From positions 8,666,221-8,710,975 of the forward strand of contig NC_057756.1 of NCBI RefSeq assembly GCF_004010195.1: DNA of 44,755 bases, written 5' to 3'. Below are positions 1-10,087 of this stretch, piece after piece; position 1 is the first letter of the stretch; each line of letters begins with the position of its first letter. Origin of the DNA: Chiloscyllium plagiosum (Eukaryota). Under the pieces are notes generated by a model. The model was not told where the DNA came from. It ran no database searches and was given only the letters and a program-made list of their open reading frames with translations. The translations under genes were made by a program, and so were the position numbers.

Positions 1-186
1 TTTGTAAAAACCCTTAGGATTCTCCTTAATTCTATTTGCCAAAGCTATCTCATGTCCCCGTTTTGCCCTCCTGATTTCCCTCTTAAGTATACTCCTACTT
101 CCTTTATACTCTTCTAAGGATTCACTTGATCTATCCTGTCTGTACCTGACATATGCTTCCTTCTTTTTCTTACCCAAACCCTCAAT
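1..186 (-). mobile_element. CR1 LINE ORF2 fragment
   Basis: Reverse strand encodes EIALANRIKENPKGFYK, the same linker motif as in the other CR1 copies here. Confidence 0.8.
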
Positions 187-498
187 TGTCTGGTCAATGC
201 GGATGAAGGATCTGCTTCCATGTTGTATGACTCTGTCACCCTATAACTATTTATCCTGCCCCAATGTGCCCTTCTCATCTGATTCCAGTCTACTTCAACC
301 AGTCACTGGAACAACACATCACTTGCCAGATTCCCTGGAATAGCCTGGGATCACTGTCACTGATGCAATCCTTAACTGCCCATTATGCTCCCAATCAGGC
401 ACCATCAGTTTGGAACTGCTGACTACAGTAGCTGACATGTTCCTCAGATGTGGCACCAAGGGAAAAAATGGTGCACATTCTGTATCTTATAATTCTGC

Positions 499-628
499 TC
501 CACAACCACCTGATGAAGGAGCAGCGCTCCAAAAATAGTGCTTTCAAATAAACCTGTTGGACTCTTACCTGGTGTTGTGTTATTTTTAACTTTGTCCACC
601 CCAGTTCAAAACCGGCACTTCCACGTCA
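499..628 (+). mobile_element. Penelope-like terminal repeat fragment (family B) with a degenerate hammerhead core
   Basis: caaccacCTGATGAaggagcagcgctccAAAAatagtg; same family as 40353-40552. Confidence 0.7.
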
Positions 629-641
629 TCCCCAGAGGACA

Positions 642-1100
642 CCACCGTACCAGACCATGCCAGTCTGACCACGATCACCACCTGAGTCAGTGCCATCTCA
701 GCCATCTGGAGGAATGCCCAGCAAAGTAGGAATGAGGTCAATGACCTGCTTCATTCTGCCAGGGAGTCTCACCATCTGTTAAGTCTCACTATTCCGTCTC
801 AGCCATCTACCCATCTACCCACCTGCCATCAAGGCTCATGCTCTAGCCCTCCCAATTTTGCATGCAACATCTTTCTTTCTTCACTTTCATCCACCTAAAC
901 CCTCTGCATGACTAACCGTGTACGCCTTCTGCACTGCTTATTCACTCCCACACAAACACTTCTCTGCCATTTCTCCCACCAACACCAAGGTGAACAGCTG
1001 TGCCAATCACTAACATCTCACATAATACCTCCCTCATTCCAGGAGTAAACGGTCCACAATAGAGAAGAAATAGAAAAAAAATGGGAATGGACTGGTCAGC
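642..1100 (+). pseudogene. Decayed Myb/SANT-like (Harbinger accessory protein type) coding remnant
   Basis: PPYQTMPV*...*VSAISAIWRNAQQSRNEVNDLLHSAR, then an intron-like spacer and acceptor ttccag|E*TVHNREE; resembles the MSANTD motif W..IA..V......R...QC.KK.NDL; contains stops and a frameshift. Confidence 0.5.
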
Positions 1101-1139
1101 ATTGGCCCACATATCCCTTACGAAGTTGTGTGCTGAAGA

Positions 1140-1378
1140 TGTTATTAAATGAGTTCTAAATGAATGGTTGAAAATATCATTGAATGGCTGAGTTTGTGAA
1201 GTGGATATGATTGAAGGAGTGATGATGATATTGAAGGGTTTATTATTGAAGTGGTGATGATATGATAGAAATGAGATGATATTACTGAAGGAGTTGTTGA
1301 AGTGATGATGATGTTATTGAAGGGGTTATTATTAAAGAATGATGATACTATTAAGAAATTACTAATAAAGGAATGATG
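1140..1378. repeat. AT-rich degenerate minisatellite (gatattattgaag-type), block 1
   Basis: Recurrent TATTATTGAAG and GATGAT units. Confidence 0.8.
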
Positions 1379-2837
1379 GTTTTGTTTTATTCCTGTGTGG
1401 GATGTAGATGTTGCGGTCTCGTCAGCATTTATTGGTGTGCTGCCTTCTTGATTTACTGCAATCAACATGCTATAGGTTGACCAACAATTCCCTGGGAGAG
1501 GGAATTAAAATAGTGTTTTTCCCCAGCAATTCTAAAGGAACAGCGATATATATCCAACCCAGGATGTTGGGTGGCTTGGAAAGTGCTTATTAAGGAGTCT
1601 TGGTGAATTTTTGCAGTGTATCTTGGAGATAGTACATACTACTGGGATTGGATGCTTGTGGATATAATGCCAATCAAGCAGGTTGCTTTGTCCTGGATGG
1701 TGTCAAGATTCTTGAGCATTGGCAGAGCAGTGCCCATCCAGGCAAGTGGGGAGTATTCCATAATATTCCTGACTTATGTCTTGTAGAAGGTAGATAGGCT
1801 TTAAGGAGTCAGGAGGTGAGTTAATTGTTACAGTATTCCTGGTTGTGACCTGCTCTTGTAGCCAGTGTGTTCATGTGACAACTCCAATTGAATATCTGAT
1901 CAATGGTAACCCCAAGAATATTGACAGCAGGAGATTCAGTGATGATAACGCCATTGAATGTCTAAAGTGGTGGTTAGATTGTTTCTTATTGGAGATAGTT
2001 ATTGCCTGTCATTTGTGTGTTGTGAACGTTACTTTCCACTTGTCAGCCCAAGCCTGGATATTGTCCAGTCATGTTGCATTTGCACATGAACTGCTTCAGT
2101 ATTTGAGGGTTTATGAGTGGTGCTTAACATTGTGTGCAGTCACTGGTGAACATCCCCACTTCTCACCTTATGAAGGAGGGAAGGTCACTGATGGAGCAGT
2201 TGAAGATGGTCAGGCCTAGGACATTATTCTAAGGAATTTCTGCAGAGATGTCCTGGAGCTGCAATGACTGACCTCCAACAACCAACAACCATTTTCCATG
2301 TGCCAGGTATGACTCCAACCAGCCAAGAGATTGCCCCTGATGCCCATTTATTGCAGTTTTGCTAGGGCCCCTTGACACCACACTCAGGCGAATGCAACCT
2401 TAATCAAGCGCTATCACTCTCATCTCACCTCGGGAATTCAGCCCTTCTATCCATGTTTGAACCGAGCCTGTAATGAAGTCAGGAGCTGAGTGGCCCTGGC
2501 AGAACCTAAACTGGGCGTCACCGAGCAGGTGCTGCGTGATACCACTGTTGATGGGACTGTGCATGGTTTTACTGATGACCAAGAGTAGACTGATGGAGCA
2601 GCATATACCTGGCCAATTTTCTACATTATCCAGTAGATGCCAGTGTTGCAGCTGTATTGGAACAGCTTGGCGAGGAGAGTAGCAAGTTCTCAAACACAAA
2701 TCTTCAGCACTATTGCTTGAATGTTGTCAAGGCCCATAAACCTTGCAGTTTCTAGCGCCTCCAACTGTTTCTTGATATCACGTGGAGTGAATGGAATGAG
2801 GTGAAGACTGGCATCCACTGGGGACCACTGGTTCATT

Positions 2838-2964
2838 CCTGAAGAAGGGCTTATGCCCGAAACGTCGATTCTCCTGTTCCCTGGATGCTGACTGACCTGC
2901 TGCGCTTTTCCAGCAACACATTTTCAGCTCTGATCTCCAGCATCTGCAGACCTCACTTTCTCCT
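2838..2964 (+). mobile_element. Short Penelope-like insertion (family A) with hammerhead core and 12-bp TSD
   Basis: TSD cactggttcatt at 2826-2837 and 2965-2976. Confidence 0.85.
2839..2866 (+). ncRNA. Minimal type I hammerhead ribozyme motif
   Basis: CTGAAGA-a-GGGC-ttat-GCCC-GAAACGTC; palindromic ACGT helix III; GUC triplet; helix I weak (2 bp). Confidence 0.65.
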
Positions 2965-2976
2965 CACTGGTTCATT

Positions 2977-3148
2977 AATGTCCTTTAGAGGAGGAAATTG
3001 CTGTCCTTAACTGATCTAGCAACTCTTAACATGTGATTCCAGACTCTCAGCAACGTAGCTGACACTTAATTGTCCTCTGAACAATTCAGAATGGATAATA
3101 AATGCTGACTTGGCTAATGACGCTCAAATCCCATGAATGCATAAACAG
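2977..3148 (+). mobile_element. SINE 3' fragment sharing its tail with the CR1/L2-group LINE
   Basis: Tail aataaatgctgacttggc...atcccatgaatg resembles the LINE 3' ends at 22080-22135 (+) and 5100-5135 (-). Confidence 0.55.
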
Positions 3149-4623
3149 CTCATCAGTTCTGGCTGAAGATTTTTGTGAGTGCTTAAGCTTTATATTTTGC
3201 ACTGATGTATTGGACTCTTCCATAAATGGGGATATTTGTGGAACTTCCTCCTCTAGTGAGCTGTTTAATTGTCCACCACCATTCATGACTGGATGTGTTC
3301 TGATCCATTGACTGTGGGATTGCCTTTATGCTGTTGGATAGTCCTGTTTGGTAGCTTTACCTCGTTGACACTTCTTTTTTAGATTTGCCTGGTGCAGCCT
3401 TTGGTATGCCCTCCTTCATTCTCCACGGAACCAGGGCAATACCCTGGCTTGGTGGTAATGGTTGAATGGGACATAGTTAAGACCATGAGGTTGCAGATTG
3501 TGATGGTTGATGGATATTAGTTCATAAGATATAGGAGTAGATTTAGGCCATTCAGACCTTTTTTTTTTGCATAATGTGCTGGAGTACCATTCTGCTGCTG
3601 TTGATAGCATACAGCAGCTCATGAATGCCCAATCCTGAGTTGCCAGAATGTGAAGGCAAGACTCGGTTTCCACAAAGACTGTGCAGTGGTCAGCCTTAGC
3701 AGTACTGTCATGGACTGCTGCATCTGCAGCTGGCAGGTGAGTGAGGATGATGTCAAGTATGCTTTTCCCTCTTGATGGTTCCCTTACCGTCTGCCACAGA
3801 CCTAGTCTAGCAGCTATGTCCTTTAGGAAGCCACCAGGTCCATTAGTAATGCTGCTGCCAAGCCACTCTTGATGGTGGACATTCAAATTCTTCATCCAGA
3901 ATACATTTGTGCTTTTGCCACCCTCAGTGCTTCCTCCGAAGTGGTTTTCAACATGGAGGTGTAGATTCATCAGCTGAGGGAGGATGGTACATTGTAATCA
4001 GCAGGAGGTTTCCTTGCTCATGTTTAACCTGAAGCCACGAGATTTAAGGGGCCTTGAGTCAAAGTTGAGGACTTCCAAGGCAACTCTGTCTGACTGTGTG
4101 CCACCACCTCTGCTGGGTCTGTTCTGGATATCCAGGGATTGGGTTGGTGATGTCTGGGACATTGTATTTATGGTATGGATATATGAGGCCATTGCTTCAC
4201 TAGTCTGTGAGATAGCTTTTCAATTCTGGCACTGCCCTTCAGATGTTTGTAAGGAAGACTTTGCAAGGTCAATGGGGTTGTTTCAGCCATTGTCTTTTCT
4301 GATGCCAAGGTCGATGCCAGGCGATCTGTCTGGTTTCATTTCTTTGTTGAGAATTTGTTGCAACTGATACAACTGAATGGGTTGCTGGGCGATTTCAGAG
4401 GACAGTTGAGTGTCAACCACATTGCAATGAATTTGGAGTCATATATAGGCCAGGCCGGGTGAGTGACAGATTTCCTTCTGTGAAGGGCATTAGTGAGCCG
4501 GTTTATCTGGCAATTGACAATGGTTTCATGTTCATCAGTAGATCCTTAATTCCAAATATTTTTTATTGAATTCAAATTTCACTATCTGCCTTGACTGTTT
4601 TGAACCTGTGTCCCCAGAACATT

Positions 4624-4714
4624 CCTGAAGAAGGGCTTATGCCCGAAACGTTGATTCTCCTGTTCCTTGGATGCTGCCTGACCTGCTGCGCTTTTCCAGC
4701 AACACATTTTCAGC
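4624..4714 (+). mobile_element. Short Penelope-like insertion (family A) with hammerhead core and 13-bp TSD
   Basis: TSD tccccagaacatt at 4611-4623 and 4715-4727; core CTGAAGA...GAAACGTT at 4625-4652. Confidence 0.85.
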
Positions 4715-4784
4715 TCCCCAGAACATTAGCTCAGTTTCTGGATCAGTTCAGAGATAATACCATTAGGCCATCACGTCCCCATAA

Positions 4785-5097
4785 TAAAATTATTGAAGGG
4801 GCTAATCATGCAGGGATGATGATATTATTGAAGGGATTATTGTTAAAGGATGATATTACTGAAGTGGTTATTACAGATGAGGATATTATTGAAGGTATAA
4901 TGATATTGTTGAAGGAGTTACTATGGAAGGATAACGATATTGAAGGGGTTATAACTAGTGGTTATAATTTGAGGGAATGATATTGAGTTGTTTATTATTG
5001 AAAGATAATGAAAAAAATTGAAGTGGTTATTATTGATAGCGGTATTATTGAACAGCTAATTAATAAAGGATATTGTGGGGGTTATTATTGAAGGGAT
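4785..5097. repeat. AT-rich minisatellite, block 2
   Basis: Same gatattattgaag units as 1140-1378. Confidence 0.8.
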
Positions 5098-6362
5098 TTA
5101 GGCATTGCTGACTGGCCAGCATTTATTGCCCCTCCCTAGTGGCTCTTGAGAAGATGGTGGTGACCTGCCTCCTTAAACCACTGCAGTCCACCTGTTGTGG
5201 GTTGACCCACAATGCCAAAATAGGAAGGGAATTCCAGAATTTTGGCCCAGCAACAGTGAAGGATTGGAATATATATCCAAATCAGGGTGGTGAGTGGCTT
5301 GAAAGTGGTGGTGTTCCCATGTATCTGCTGCTCTTGTCCTCCTTGATGGAAGTGGTCACGGGTTTGGAAGGGTGCTGACTGAGGATCTTTGGTGAATTTC
5401 TGCAGTGCATCTTGTAGATTGTACACACTGCTGCTACTGACTGTCAATGGTGGATGGAGTGGATGCTTTTGGATGTGATGCCAATCAGGTATACTGTGAT
5501 GTCCTGGTTGGTGTCAAGTTTCTTGAGTATCTTTGGAGTTGCACCCATTCAGGCAAGTGGGGAGTATTCAGTCACACTTCTGACATGGTGGAAGGCTTTG
5601 GGGAGTCAGGACGTGAGCTACTTGTTGTAGTATTCATAGCTTGTGACCTGCTCTTGTAGCCACCATGTTTATTTGGTGAGTCCGGTTGAACATGATAACC
5701 TCAGGATGTTGATTGTGGGGATACAATGATGGTAATACCATTGAATATCAAGGAACTGTAGTTAGATTGTCTCCTATTGGTGGTGGTCATAGCCTGACAT
5801 TTGTGTGGTGTGAATGATCACTTGCCCTTGGTCAGCCCAAGCCTGAATATATCCAGATCTTGTTGCATTTGAACATGGACTACTTCGATACCTGAGTCTT
5901 CAAAAATGAACATTGTGCAATCATCGATGAACAACCTCACTTTTGACCTTATGATGAAGGGACGGTCATTGGTGCAGTAGCTGAAGTTGGTTGGGCCTGG
6001 GACACTACCCTAAGGAACACCTGCAGAGATGTCCGAGATTCACGATGACTCACCTCCAACAACTGCATCTACCTTCCAATGTGTCAGGTATGAATCCAAC
6101 CAGCAGAAAGTTTGCCCCGTTATACCCATTGATTCTAGTTTTGCTAGTAGCTCTTGTTGCTACACTTGGTCAAATGCAGACTTGATGTCAAGGGCTGACA
6201 CTTTGACCTCACCTCAGGAATTCAGCTCGCTTGTTCATATTTGAACTGAGGCTGTAATGAGGTCAGGAGCTGAGCGGCTCTGGCAGAACACAAACTGGGT
6301 GTCACTGAGTAGGTTATTGCTGAGGAGATGCTGCTTGATACCACTCTTGATGACATCTTCCA
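5098..6362 (-). mobile_element. 5'-truncated CR1/L2-group LINE (same family as 1490-4780)
   Basis: Collinear similarity with 1490-2580; reverse strand has a VP*GSVPGP RT motif near 6000-6020 and a 3' tail near 5100. Confidence 0.8.
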
Positions 6363-6494
6363 TGTTATTGAAGGTGTTATTAATGAAGGACAATGATATT
6401 ATTGAGGGGTTCGTTATTGAAGTACAATGATATTATTGAGGATGTTATTATTGAAGAATGATGATATTACTGAAGGTGCTAATATTGAAGAAGC
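6363..6494. repeat. AT-rich minisatellite, block 3
   Basis: gatattattga units. Confidence 0.75.
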
Positions 6495-7150
6495 ATAAGA
6501 CATAGTTGAAGAAATTAGGCCATTCAGTCTACTCTGCTGTTCGGTCATGGCTGACAAGTTTCTCAACCCCCCCATTCTCCTGCTTTCTCTCCATAACCCG
6601 TATCCCCATGATAATCAAGAACCTATCTATCTCAGTCTTAAATATATGCAATGTCCTGTCCGCCATAGTCTTCTATGGCAATGAATTCCATCGATTCACC
6701 ACTCTCTGGCTGAAGAAGTTTCTCCTTATCTCCGTTCTAACAAGTCATCCCTTTACTCCAAGTCTCTGTCCTCATGTCCTCATCTCCTACCAATGGAAAC
6801 ATTTTCCCAATATCCACTCTGTCCAGGCCGTTCAGTATTCTGTAAGTTTCAATTAGATCCCTCTGTTATCCTTCTAAACTCTATTCAGTTTCGATCCAGA
6901 GTCCTCAAATGTTCCTCATATGTTAAGCTTTTCACTTCTACTTCCATTCTCGTGAACCTCCTCTGAATACGCTCCAGGGCCAATACATTCTTCCTGAGGT
7001 ATGGGGCGCAAAACTGTGCACAATACTCCAAATGTGGTCTGACCAGAGCCTTATGAACCCTCAGAAGTACATCCCTGCTTTTATGTTCAAGTCCAGTCAA
7101 AATAAATGCCATCATTGCATTCGCCTTCCTAACTATTAACTCAACTTGCA

Positions 7151-7339
7151 TGTTTTGAAAAGGGTGGCACTGGCACAGCAGGTCAGGCAGCTTCCAGGGA
7201 GCAGGAGAGTCAATATTTCGGGCATAAGCCCTTCTTCGTCAACTCTCCTGCTCTTTGGATGCTGCCTGACCTGCTGTGCTTTTCCAACACCACCATTTTC
7301 GACTCTGACACTCCAGCATCTGTAGTCCTCACTTTCTCT
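7151..7339. mobile_element. Penelope-like inverted terminal-repeat pair (family A)
   Basis: Minus copy at about 7155-7237 joined to a plus copy at about 7238-7339; TSD ctcaac(t/c)tgca at 7140-7150 and 7340-7350. Confidence 0.8.
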
Positions 7340-7560
7340 CTCAACCTGCAAGTTTACCTTGAAAGAAGCCTGGACTAAAACTCCCAAGTCTCTTTGCACT
7401 TCACACTTCTAAATTTTCTCCACGTTTAGAAAATAGTCCATGCCTCTATTCATCCTACCAAAGAGCATGACCTCACACTTTCCCATCTGCAATTTTTTTG
7501 CCCACTCTCCCAACCTGTCCAAATCCTTCTGCAGCCTCTCTGCCTCCTCAATGCTACCTG

Positions 7561-7981
7561 GAGGAGGAATACCTCATCTTCCACCTTGGGACCCACCAAG
7601 CACACTGCATCAATGTCTATTTCACCAGTTTCCTCATCAGTCCTTCCCCCACCTTATCCCAGATCCAACCCTCCAACTCAGCTCTCTTGAACTGTCCTAC
7701 CTATCCATCATCCTTCCCACCTATCCACTCCACCCTCTGCTCCAATCTATCACCATCACCCCCCACCTTCATCTACCTATTGCCTTCTAAGCGACCTTTC
7801 CCCCCAGTCCTCCCACCTCCCATTTATCTCCCAGACCCCTTGGGCCACCCTCACATTCCTAATGAAGGGCTTACGCCTGAAGTGCTGACTCTCCTGCTCC
7901 TCGGGTACTGCCTGACCTGATGTGCTTCTCTAGCGCTACACGTTTTGACTCTGATCTCCAGCATCTGCAGTCTTCACTTTC
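7561..7981 (+). mobile_element. Penelope-like element 3' end (GIY-YIG C-terminus, pyrimidine-rich UTR, terminal repeat)
   Basis: LEEEYLIFHLGTHQAHCINVYFTSF followed by the family A repeat with a decayed hammerhead near 7858; TSD ctacctg at 7554-7560 and 7982-7988. Confidence 0.8.
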
Positions 7982-9214
7982 TACCTGTCCCTCTACCTAT
8001 CTTTGTATCACCTGCAAAATAAGCCAGAATTCCCTCAGTTCCTTCATCTAGATCGTTAATATATAAAGTGAAAAGTTGTGGTCCAAACACTGAGCTGCCA
8101 TCCTGAGAAAAACCCTTTTATCCCAGTCTCTGCTTTCTGCCAGACAGTCAGACGTCTATCCATACTAGCATCTTGCCTCTAACATCAGGGGCCCTTATCT
8201 TACTCAGCAGCCTCCTGTATGGCACCTTGTCAAAGGCTTTTTTGAAGTCCAGGTAGATAACATCCTTAGTCTAATCTGGTCCGTTACTTCCTCAAAGAAT
8301 TCTAGCTGATTTGTCACGTATGACCTCCCCTTGATGAAACCATGCTGACTTTGCCCAATTTTACCATGCACTTCCAGGTATTCAGAAATCTTATCCTTCA
8401 CAATGGATTCCAGGATCTTACCCATGACCGAGTTAGGTTAATCAGTCTGTAATTTTCCATTTTTGCCTAACTCTCTTTTTAAACAGGGGTGTCACATTAG
8501 CAATTTTCCAGTCTTCTAGGATCTTTCCTGATTCTAGCGTTTCCTGAAAGATCACCACTAATGCCTCCAATATCTCTTCAGCTGTCTTCCTTAGAACTCT
8601 GGGGCGTAGTCCATCTGGTACAGGTGATTTATCCATCTTCAGGCCATTTAGTTTTTTTTAAGCACATTCTCCTTGGTGATAGCCACCATACTCAGCTCTG
8701 CCCTCTCACATTTGAATTTTTTTGGATATTACTCATGTCTTCCACTGTGAAGACTGATGCAAAGTAGTTATTCAGTTCCTTAGCCATTCCTTGTTTCCCA
8801 ATTCTGTCTTTCTAAACATCATTTTCCAAAGGCCCAATGTCCATTTTGCCTCTCTTTTCCCCGTTGTATATTTAAACTCTGACAGTCTTCCTTTATATTA
8901 CTGGCTAGCTTACTCTCATATTTAATCTTCTCCCTCCTTATTTGTATTTTTTTTGTTGCCGTCTGTTGCCTTGGTAAGCTTCCCAATCCTCTGGTTTCCG
9001 GCTGTCCTTTGCCACACTATATTTTTTCTCTTTTGCTTTTCCTGACTTCCCTAGTCAGCCACGGTTGCCTTATCCTCCCTGTACCATGCTTCTATTTCCT
9101 TGGGTTGAATCTCTGCTGTGTCTCCTGGATTACTCCCAGAAACTCCTGCCATTGCTGTTTCATGGTCTTTCCTGTCAGTCAATTCTACCCAGCTCCTCCC
9201 TCATGCTTCTGTAA

Positions 9215-9530
9215 TTGAGGAGAGATGATAATTACTGAAGGTGTTATTATTGAAGGCCAATGATATTATTGAAGGATGGTGATATTATTGAAAGTGTTAT
9301 TATTGAAGGGGTATGATAATTATTGAATGGGCTATTATTGAAGAGAGATGATTATTGAAGGGGCTATTATTGAAAGATGGTGATTTTATTGAAAGTGTTA
9401 TTATTGAAGGGGTATGATAATTATTGAATGGGCTATTATTGAAGAGAGATGATTATTGAAGGGGCTATTATTGAAAGATGGTGATTTTATTGCAGGGACT
9501 ATTATTGAAAGATGGCAATATGATTTTTAT
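9215..9530. repeat. AT-rich minisatellite, block 4, with a recent 101-bp tandem duplication
   Basis: Near-identical copies begin at 9291 and 9392. Confidence 0.85.
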
Positions 9531-9559
9531 TCATGTCTGGAACACCTTGAGCTGCTCAG

Positions 9560-9710
9560 TTGATGCTTCGGTCACGTGCTCCTTCTCTTGGCGGGTTTTT
9601 CTTTGTCCCGTTACTCTGAACCGGGATTTGAAAATCTGAAAGGTGCGCAGGCGCGGGGCTGGGACCGGCCGCCGGCCGGAGGTCTGCGCGTGCGCGGGAG
9701 GCGCGTTGGG
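9560..9710 (+). promoter_or_regulatory. HAUS5 CpG-rich promoter and probable non-coding exon 1 (donor AAG|gtgcgc at 9642/9643)
   Basis: Local CpG cluster; E-box CACGTG 9573-9578; E2F-like TTGGCGGG 9588-9595; CHR-like TTTGAA 9627-9632. Confidence 0.65.
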
Positions 9711-9998
9711 AGAGAGAATGGTATTGTGGGTGGGGGCAATGAGCAAAGGAGGAATAAGTAGGGAGAAAGAGTATGAATGATAAGGAAGAGAGCTGGGAGG
9801 ATAGGGTTACAGACATTGGAGTAAATCCCAGCAAGTTCAGCTGCCTTGGGATGTTGACAGTGTTACAGTGCTAGGGCTAGGAATGTGTCAAGTATGACAT
9901 AAGGTAAAAAAAGAGCTGTGGCATCTGTGCATTGCTTGCAAATGATTGATTCTGCTGAAGATTTTTTTGCTCAAACAATCTGCTTTATTTCCCAGGTC

Positions 9999-10087
9999 AT
10001 GGAGGACATGGGCATGAAGCTGAAGGAATGGGCAGTCGCGATGGGAGTCCCCGATCAGAACATGCCCACTGACACTGGATTCCGAAA
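9999..10087 (+). CDS. HAUS5: HAUS5 coding exon 1 (exon starts 9996; ATG at 9999)
   Basis: ttcccag|gtcATG...CGAAA|gtaagg; [29 protein letters not shown]. Confidence 0.9.

Larger units (their letters stand above)
1490..4780 (-). mobile_element. Near full-length degenerate non-LTR LINE (CR1/L2 group, distinct from the canonical CR1 copies) with nested insertions
   Basis: Endonuclease motifs in ORF 3416-3970 (LNVHHQEWLGS, EPSRGKSILDIIL, ADHCTV); RT motifs at 2400-2699 (QFRFCQGHSAPD, VIALD) and near 2150-2245 (decayed PQGSVLGP and FADD region). Confidence 0.8.
6495..9214 (-). mobile_element. CR1 LINE, 5'-truncated, with two nested Penelope-like insertions
   Basis: [46 protein letters not shown]. 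Confidence 0.9.

Noticed and set aside
4591..4980. 129-aa ORF with an I/L/D/E-rich tail
   Set aside because: Chimera of a Penelope-like insertion, a LINE end and the AT-rich minisatellite.
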